From UHGV virus genome UHGV-0276200: 34,282 nt of DNA. One strand, 5' to 3'. Positions 28,530 through 34,282 of the stretch are shown here, in pieces. Position numbers and translations under genes: made by a program. The notes beneath the pieces were generated by a model, which searched no databases, was not told the DNA's origin, and saw only the letters and a program-made list of their open reading frames with translations. The DNA comes from a virus. Every line of letters starts with the position of its first letter. Within the stretch, counting starts at the first letter, position 1.

Positions 28530-31500
28530 TAACAACCTGCGGCTGCAGGTCATTCTTAATGCGGTTGACAAACTCACCCGCCCATTCCGTGTTGCACAGG
28601 CCAGTTCGAAAGAGCTGGCTGGCGCAATTCAGAATACCCGAAACAGCCTCAAAGAACTGAATAAGCAGGCTGGCAGAATTGATGAATTTCGCAAGACGCG
28701 CTCGCAACTAGCCATAACAGCCAACAACCTGAACGCAGCCCGCGAAGAGGCGGCAAAACTCGCCACACAATTTGCTGCCACTAACAGGCCAACCGCCGCG
28801 CAGGCAAAGTTATTCAGTCAGGCCAAAACACGAGTACAGGAACTTCAGCAGACCTATAACGGCTTGTTGGGGGCGGTCCAGAGACAACGTCAGGCACTTA
28901 AAGAATCAGGGATTGATACCAGACAACTCAGTAGTGCCCAGCGAGAACTTAAGAAAAATGCTGAAGAAACAAGGCAGGCAATGGAGGGCCAGCAAAAAGC
29001 ACTTAAACGTCTGGGTGAACAACAGGCACGGATGAACGCTGCCAGAGAACAATACTCAAGACGGCTTGAAGTGCGCGATCGCATCGCAGGAGCCGGAGCC
29101 ACTACCACGGCTGCAGGGCTGGCAATGGGTGCGCCAGTGATGGCAGCAGTAAAAAGCTATACCAGCATGGAAGATGCCATGAAAGGTGTGGCAAAGCAGG
29201 TCAATGGTCTGCGTGATGATAATGGCAACCGCACTGCGCGTTTTTACGAAATGCAGGATGCCATCAAGGCTGCCAGCGAACAGTTGCCGATGGAAAACGG
29301 TGCTGTGGACTTTGCCGCACTGGTTGAAGGTGGTGCGCGCATGAACGTCGCAAATCCTGACGACAGCTGGGAAGACCAGAAACGTGACCTGCTGGCCTTC
29401 GCCAGCACGGCAGCAAAGGCGGCAACAGCCTTTGAGCTGCCAGCGGATGAACTGTCAGAAAGTCTGGGGAAAATCGCCCAGCTCTACAAAATCCCTACCC
29501 GCAATATTGAACAGCTCGGTGATGCGCTGAACTATCTGGATGATAACGCCATGTCGAAAGGGTCAGACATCATTGATGTCATGCAACGCCTGGGCGGTGT
29601 GGCAGATCGTCTGGATTATCGTAAAGCGGCGGCGCTGGGTTCCACCTTCCTGACACTGGGCGCTGCGCCGGAGGTTGCTGCCAGTGCAGCAAACGCGATG
29701 GTGCGTGAATTGTCCATTGCCACCATGCAAAGTAAGAGTTTCTTTGAAGGGATGAATCTGCTGAAACTCAATCCTGAAGTGATTGAAAAGCAGATGACGA
29801 AGGATGCGATGGGAACTATCCAGCGTGTGCTGGAGAAGGTGAACGCACTGCCGCAGGACAAGCGTCTGTCTGCCATGACCATGTTGTTTGGTAAAGAGTT
29901 TGGTGATGATGCAGCGAAACTGGCAAACAACCTTCCGGAACTGCAGCGCCAGCTAAAACTGACAGCGGGCAATGATGCGCTCGGTTCCATGCAGAAAGAA
30001 TCCGACATCAACAAAGACTCACTTTCCGCTCAGTGGTTGCTGGTCAAAACCGGAGCGCAGAACACCTTCAGCAGCCTGGGCGAAACGCTGCGCCAGCCGC
30101 TGATGGATATTCTGTACACGGTAAAAAGCATCACGGGGGCGTTGCGCCGCTGGGTGGAAGCTAACCCGGAACTGACAGGCACACTGATGAAAGTAGCGGC
30201 TGTTGTGGCTGCGGTTACCGTAGGCCTCGGCACCTTAGCGGTGGCGCTGGCTGCAGTGCTGGGGCCGCTGGCAGTCATCCGTCTGGGATTCTCTGTGCTG
30301 GGTATCAAAACGTTACCTTCCGTTACGGCAGCAGTAACACGAACCAGCAGCGCGTTGTCCTGGTTAGCTGGCGCTCCACTGGCACTGCTGCGACGCGGGC
30401 TTGCTTCATCGGGCAACGCAGCGGGTTTACTTACTGCGCCGTTGTCGTCTTTGCGCCGCACCGCATCACTGACGGGGAATGTCCTGAAAACTGTAGCAGG
30501 TGTGCCGGTTGCACTGTTGCGGTCTGGATTATCCGGTTTACGTGCGGTTGCTGTGATGTTTATGAATCCACTGGCAGCACTACGCGGTGGACTGGCTGCC
30601 GCAGGCGCGGTGCTGCGTGTGCTGGCATCCGGTCCGCTGGCGATGCTGCGCGTTGCCCTGTATGCCGTATCTGGTCTGTTAGGTGCTCTGCTCAGTCCGA
30701 TAGGTCTTGTGGTTACTGCACTGGCGGGCGTGGCGCTGGTTGTCTGGAAATACTGGCAACCCATCACCGCATTTCTCGGTGGCGTGGTGGAAGGATTCAA
30801 AGCGGCGGCAGGTCCCATCAGTGCTGCATTCGAACCGCTTAAGCCCGTGTTCCAGTGGATTGGCGACAAAGTACAGGCGTTGTGGGGCTGGTTTACTGAT
30901 CTGCTGACGCCTGTTAAGTCGACCTCTGCCGAACTGCAGAGCGCAGCGGCAATGGGGCGACGATTCGGGGAGGCACTGGCGGAAGGGCTGAATATGGTCA
31001 TGCATCCGTTGGACTCCCTGAAATCCGGCGTTTCCTGGTTGCTGGAGAAACTCGGTATTGTCAGTAAAGAGGCTGCAAAGGCGAAACTGCCGGAAAGCGT
31101 GACGCGTCAGCAACCTGCGACGGTGAATGCAGACGGTAAAGTGATGATGCCATCGGGTGGTTTTCCGTCATGGGGATATGGCTTTGCGGGGATGTATGAC
31201 AGCGGCGGCTATATCCCGCGCGGGCAGTTCGGCATTGTCGGTGAAAACGGGCCTGAAATTGTCAACGGTCCGGCAAACGTGACCAGTCGGAGAAATACAG
31301 CTGCACTGGCTGCCGTTGTTGCCGGAATGATGGGCGTTGCTGCCGCGCCTGCAGAGCTTCCGCCGTTACATCCTTTGGCACTTCCCGCGAAAGGCGGCGA
31401 AGCGATGGTGAGTCGTGCAGCCACTGTGCCGCCCGCTCAACGGATTGAGGCACCGACGCAGATCATCATCCAGACGCAGCCAGGACAAAGTGCGCAGGAT

Positions 31501-31599
31501 ATTGCGCGGGAGGTGGCACGCCAGCTTGATGAACGTGAACGCAGGCTGAAGGCAAAAGCCAGGAGTAACTACAGCGATCAGGGGGGATACGACGCATGA
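28522..31599 (+). CDS. T: Tail tape measure protein (P2 gpT family)
   Basis: 1025 aa, a long helical protein with Ala/Leu/Gly-rich hydrophobic repeats, in the T position. Confidence 0.85.
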   Translation: MSDNNLRLQVILNAVDKLTRPFRVAQASSKELAGAIQNTRNSLKELNKQAGRIDEFRKTRSQLAITANNLNAAREEAAKLATQFAATNRPTAAQAKLFSQAKTRVQELQQTYNGLLGAVQRQRQALKESGIDTRQLSSAQRELKKNAEETRQAMEGQQKALKRLGEQQARMNAAREQYSRRLEVRDRIAGAGATTTAAGLAMGAPVMAAVKSYTSMEDAMKGVAKQVNGLRDDNGNRTARFYEMQDAIKAASEQLPMENGAVDFAALVEGGARMNVANPDDSWEDQKRDLLAFASTAAKAATAFELPADELSESLGKIAQLYKIPTRNIEQLGDALNYLDDNAMSKGSDIIDVMQRLGGVADRLDYRKAAALGSTFLTLGAAPEVAASAANAMVRELSIATMQSKSFFEGMNLLKLNPEVIEKQMTKDAMGTIQRVLEKVNALPQDKRLSAMTMLFGKEFGDDAAKLANNLPELQRQLKLTAGNDALGSMQKESDINKDSLSAQWLLVKTGAQNTFSSLGETLRQPLMDILYTVKSITGALRRWVEANPELTGTLMKVAAVVAAVTVGLGTLAVALAAVLGPLAVIRLGFSVLGIKTLPSVTAAVTRTSSALSWLAGAPLALLRRGLASSGNAAGLLTAPLSSLRRTASLTGNVLKTVAGVPVALLRSGLSGLRAVAVMFMNPLAALRGGLAAAGAVLRVLASGPLAMLRVALYAVSGLLGALLSPIGLVVTALAGVALVVWKYWQPITAFLGGVVEGFKAAAGPISAAFEPLKPVFQWIGDKVQALWGWFTDLLTPVKSTSAELQSAAAMGRRFGEALAEGLNMVMHPLDSLKSGVSWLLEKLGIVSKEAAKAKLPESVTRQQPATVNADGKVMMPSGGFPSWGYGFAGMYDSGGYIPRGQFGIVGENGPEIVNGPANVTSRRNTAALAAVVAGMMGVAAAPAELPPLHPLALPAKGGEAMVSRAATVPPAQRIEAPTQIIIQTQPGQSAQDIAREVARQLDERERRLKAKARSNYSDQGGYDA

Positions 31600-32081
31600 T
31601 GATGGTGCTGGGATTGTACGTGTTTATGCTGCGCACTGTGCCGTATCAGGAACTGCAGTATCAACGCAGCTGGCGACATGCGGCAAACAGCCGGGTCAAC
31701 CGACGTCCGTCCACGCAGTTTCTGGGACCGGACAACGACATGCTGACGCTTTCTGGTGTTCTTATGCCGGAGATAACAGGCGGCAGGCTGTCGTTGCTGG
31801 TACTGGAGCAGATGGCAGAGCAGGGGAAAGCATGGCCCCTGATTGAAGGCAGCGGCACGATTTACGGCATGTATGTGATTGAGGGACTGAATCAGACTAA
31901 AACGGAGTTTTTCCGCGACGGTATGCCGCGCCGGATTGAGTTCACCCTGTCGCTCAAACGGGTGGATGAATCCCTGTCCGATATGTTCGGTGATCTCAGT
32001 GCGCAACTGAATAATCTGCAGGACACGGCAACGTCTGCCTTAAGCGATATCAGTAAAACGGTGGGAGGGCTGCTGTCGTGA
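31596..32081 (+). CDS. U: Tail protein U
   Basis: 161 aa (P2 U is about 159); start overlaps the T stop. Confidence 0.75.
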   Translation: MMMVLGLYVFMLRTVPYQELQYQRSWRHAANSRVNRRPSTQFLGPDNDMLTLSGVLMPEITGGRLSLLVLEQMAEQGKAWPLIEGSGTIYGMYVIEGLNQTKTEFFRDGMPRRIEFTLSLKRVDESLSDMFGDLSAQLNNLQDTATSALSDISKTVGGLLS

Positions 32082-33178
32082 ATTTCAGCTCTGAACTGCT
32101 TAACAAAGGCAACAAAACTCCCGCATTCAGCATCAGTATTGAGGGCAGGGATATCACCACTGTGCTGGATAACCGCCTGATGAGTTTGACGCTGACGGAT
32201 AATCGGGGCTTTGAAGCAGACCAGCTTGATCTGGAGCTGGACGACGCCGACGGAAAAATCGTGCTGCCGCGCCGTGGTGCGGTTATTACGCTGGCGCTGG
32301 GCTGGAAGGGGCAGCCGCTTTTCCCGAAAGGGGCATTCACGGTGGACGAGATTGAACACACTGGCGCACCGGACCGCCTGACTATCCGGGCGCGAAGTGC
32401 TGATTTTCGTGAAACGCTGAATACCCGCCGTGAAAAGTCGTGGCACAAGACCACCGTTGGGGAAGTGGTGAAGGAAATAGCTGCGCGGCACAAACTGAAG
32501 ATGGCATTGGGTAAAGACCTGTCAGATAAACCCGTGGAACATATAGACCAGACCAATGAGAGTGACGGCAGTTTTCTGATGCGACTGGCGCGCCAGTACG
32601 GTGCTATTGCGTCGGTGAAAAATGGCAATCTGTTATTCATCCGGCAGGGACAGGGCAAAAGCGCCAGCGGTAAACCACTGCCGGTGATCACTATCACGCG
32701 TAAGGACGGCGACAGTCACCGCTTTACCCTGGCAGATCGCGGAGCCTATACGGGCGTCATTGCCAGCTGGTTGCATACCCGCGAACCCGCGAAGAAAGAA
32801 AGCACCACGGTGAAGCGTAAGCGCAGAACTAAGAAGCAGAAGAAAGAGCCGGAAGCGAAGCAGGGCGATTACCTGGTGGGGACGGATGAAAACGTGCTGG
32901 TACTTAATCGCACTTATGCCAACCGGAGCAACGCCGAACGAGCGGCGAAAATGCAGTGGGAACGCCTGCAACGCGGTGTTGCGTCATTCTCGCTACAACT
33001 GGCGGAAGGTCGGGCAGATCTCTACACGGAAATGCCTGTGAAGGTCAGTGGCTTTAAACAGCCAATAGATGATGCGGAATGGACCATTACGACTCTGACA
33101 CATACCGTCAGCCCGGATAACGGTTTTACGACCAGTATTGAACTTGAAGTGAAAATTGGTGATCTTGAAATGGAGTAA
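32078..33178 (+). CDS. D: Tail protein D
   Basis: 366 aa, GTG start overlapping the U stop, last tail gene before ogr. Confidence 0.85.
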   Translation: MNFSSELLNKGNKTPAFSISIEGRDITTVLDNRLMSLTLTDNRGFEADQLDLELDDADGKIVLPRRGAVITLALGWKGQPLFPKGAFTVDEIEHTGAPDRLTIRARSADFRETLNTRREKSWHKTTVGEVVKEIAARHKLKMALGKDLSDKPVEHIDQTNESDGSFLMRLARQYGAIASVKNGNLLFIRQGQGKSASGKPLPVITITRKDGDSHRFTLADRGAYTGVIASWLHTREPAKKESTTVKRKRRTKKQKKEPEAKQGDYLVGTDENVLVLNRTYANRSNAERAAKMQWERLQRGVASFSLQLAEGRADLYTEMPVKVSGFKQPIDDAEWTITTLTHTVSPDNGFTTSIELEVKIGDLEME

Positions 33179-33246
33179 ATGGTTCTCAATATTGATATTT
33201 TGTGTATCATTGCAATGATTCTGATAGCAAAGGTAGGGATCTGGAT

Positions 33247-33465
33247 ATGATGAATTGTCCAAAGTGTGGTCATGCGGCGCACACAAGGAGCAGTTTTCAA
33301 GTAACAGAAAGCACCAAAGAGCGTTACTGCCAGTGCCAAAATATTAACTGCGGGAGCACTTTTGTTACCCATGAAACAGTGGTCCGGTTTATTGTGACAC
33401 CTGCAGTGATTGCCACAGCCCCTCCACATCCATTGCCAGGTGGTCAGGGCCATATGAATTTTTAA
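33247..33465 (+). CDS. ogr: Ogr/Delta-family zinc-finger late transcription activator
   Basis: MMNCPKCGHAAHTR...KERYCQCQNINCGSTF...HPLPGGQ aligns closely with P2 Ogr (CxxC...CxxxxC); 72 codons. Confidence 0.8.
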   Translation: MMNCPKCGHAAHTRSSFQVTESTKERYCQCQNINCGSTFVTHETVVRFIVTPAVIATAPPHPLPGGQGHMNF

Positions 33466-33472
33466 GAAAGAG

Positions 33473-33496
33473 AACCTGCTACGGCAGGTTTTTATT
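33473..33496. terminator. Bidirectional terminator hairpin between convergent ogr and the WYL-BRCT gene
   Basis: AACCTGC-TACG-GCAGGTT (7-bp stem) followed by TTTATT on the plus strand; placed just after both stop codons. Confidence 0.5.
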
Positions 33497-33974
33497 CATC
33501 TGGGATCTCACCCGTTTCAAGAAAATGTATAAAGCCAGGCTCATCTATGATGATAGTGCCTTTCATCCTGGCTGCCGATACTTTTGATGGGCCTGCATTG
33601 TAACCGCAACAGAGCATCTGAAGGTTTTGGGTTACAGATGTTCTTACCGTTAATCCTTGTTCATTCGCCTTATCAACCAACCTTTCTTTATCTGCTTTCT
33701 TAAATCCGGTGAAACACACATCGAATGTATTTTTTTTCGGACCTGACTGCTTAGTGAGATGTGAGTAGTTTTCGGGGAGGAATGACGCGCATTCCTGAAT
33801 GGCTTGTTCTTGTGAATCGTATTGTTTAAGAATGCGGTCTTTTCGGAAGGTTTTTATTCGATCGGTGTTCTTACAAATGCCCTGTATGTGATTTTCGCTA
33901 TAACTGATGCTCTGTATTGAGTGAACACCGATACGACCATTTGCATTGATGTAAACAAAGTGAAGTTCTTCCAT
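33492..33974 (-). CDS. Hypothetical cargo protein: N-terminal WYL-like domain fused to C-terminal BRCT domain
   Basis: 160 aa. N-terminus YINANGRIGVHSIQSISYSENHIQGICKNTDRIKTFRKDRI fits the WYL pattern (...R.FR.DRI). C-terminus VCFTGF...KERLVDKANEQGLTVRTSVTQNLQMLCCGYNAGPSKVSAARMKGTIIIDEPGF aligns with the BRCT domain of NAD-dependent ligase LigA. AGAGG RBS; about 42% GC. Confidence 0.6.
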   Translation of the reverse strand: MEELHFVYINANGRIGVHSIQSISYSENHIQGICKNTDRIKTFRKDRILKQYDSQEQAIQECASFLPENYSHLTKQSGPKKNTFDVCFTGFKKADKERLVDKANEQGLTVRTSVTQNLQMLCCGYNAGPSKVSAARMKGTIIIDEPGFIHFLETGEIPDE

Positions 33975-33999
33975 GTCAAACCTCTTTGCATGATTTCAA

Positions 34000-34039
34000 G
34001 ATGGCGACAGGCAAGATGGACGCAAAAGTCTGTCGCCAT
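34000..34039. repeat. 10-bp perfect inverted repeat (ATGGCGACAG / CTGTCGCCAT) in the att arm and promoter region of the WYL-BRCT gene
   Basis: 34000..34009 and 34030..34039 with a 20-bp spacer; a third direct copy of TGTCGCCAT lies at 880..888 in the other att arm. Confidence 0.5.
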
Positions 34040-34058
34040 TTTGCCGCCACTACCTAAG

Positions 34059-34089
34059 AAAAAGGGGCTACGCTTTCACGTAACCCCTT
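34059..34089 (-). terminator. Rho-independent terminator immediately downstream of ssrA, supplied by the prophage
   Basis: Minus strand reads GGGGTTACG-TGAAAG-CGTAGCCCC then TTTTTCTT, 9 nt after the ssrA 3' CCA. Confidence 0.65.
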
Positions 34090-34097
34090 GATTTATT

Positions 34098-34142
34098 TGG
34101 TGGAGCTGGCGGGAGTTGAACCCGCGTCCGAAATTCCTACAT
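34098..34142. repeat. attR core: 45-bp direct repeat (3' end of intact ssrA)
   Basis: Identical to 730..774. Confidence 0.85.
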
Positions 34143-34282
34143 CCTCGGTACTACATGCTTAGTCAGTCTTTACATTCGCTTGCCAGCTGCGGACGGACAC
34201 GCCACTAACAAACTAGCCTGATTAAGTTTTAACGCTTCAACCCCAGGCAGGGCTTCCACGCGATCTCTTTTGGGTTTGACCT
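34098..34282 (-). ncRNA. ssrA: tmRNA (ssrA), 3' portion; the gene continues beyond the window end
   Basis: Reverse complement matches the enterobacterial ssrA sequence from ...AGGTCAAACCCAAAAGAGATCGCGTGGAAGCCCTGCCTGGGG... to the 3' ...GGGTTCAACTCCCGCCAGCTCCACCA. Confidence 0.9.

Larger units (their letters stand above)
730..34142. mobile_element. P2/186-like prophage integrated into ssrA
   Basis: Bounded by 45-bp ssrA-derived direct repeats; full P2-type gene synteny from int to ogr between them. Confidence 0.85.

Noticed and set aside
30030-31001. 323-aa minus-strand ORF and neighbours inside the tape measure gene T
   Set aside because: Antisense artefact of the GC- and Ala-rich T coding sequence.
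894-33974. Idea that the RES-like gene and the WYL-BRCT gene form one two-gene system that is contiguous across attP in the circular phage
   Set aside because: A strong terminator (34059..34089) lies between them on the shared strand and the WYL-BRCT gene has its own promoter, so they are probably independent units.
1-34282. Search for CRISPR arrays, tRNA genes, IS elements and restriction-modification or toxin-antitoxin pairs
   Set aside because: No regular repeat-spacer arrays, no tRNA-like cloverleaf candidates and no transposase-like ORFs were seen; the only RNA gene is the partial ssrA.

Overview
The window is almost entirely one ~33.4 kb P2/186-type temperate prophage integrated at the 3' end of the tmRNA gene ssrA. 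A partial ssrA lies on the minus strand at 34098..34282, and 45-bp att direct repeats sit at 730..774 and 34098..34142. Gene order: attL, an AT-rich 401-aa cargo gene, int, cI, apl/cox, cII, small early genes, a TraR/DksA-like gene, dam, replication gene A, a LexA-box/DinI module, a cargo hotspot containing the cos site, Q and P (minus strand), O N M L X, the lysis cassette, R S, an AT-rich moron, V W J I H G, a Gin-type invertible tail-fibre segment with its invertase, FI FII E/E' T U D, ogr, a WYL-BRCT cargo gene, and attR/ssrA. The backbone is ordinary P2/186 biology. The candidates for undescribed function are the low-GC cargo genes at four insertion points: (1) a zinc-ribbon plus DUF4145-like protein between cos and Q, and a membrane-anchored protein between A and cos; (2) a 401-aa protein with a RES-like signature directly downstream of int; (3) a 160-aa WYL-BRCT protein with its own promoter, inverted repeat and terminator next to attR; (4) a 176-aa antisense moron between S and V. 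All domain calls are from reading the translations by eye; no searches were run. Positions 1..729 are AT-rich flank with no convincing gene.
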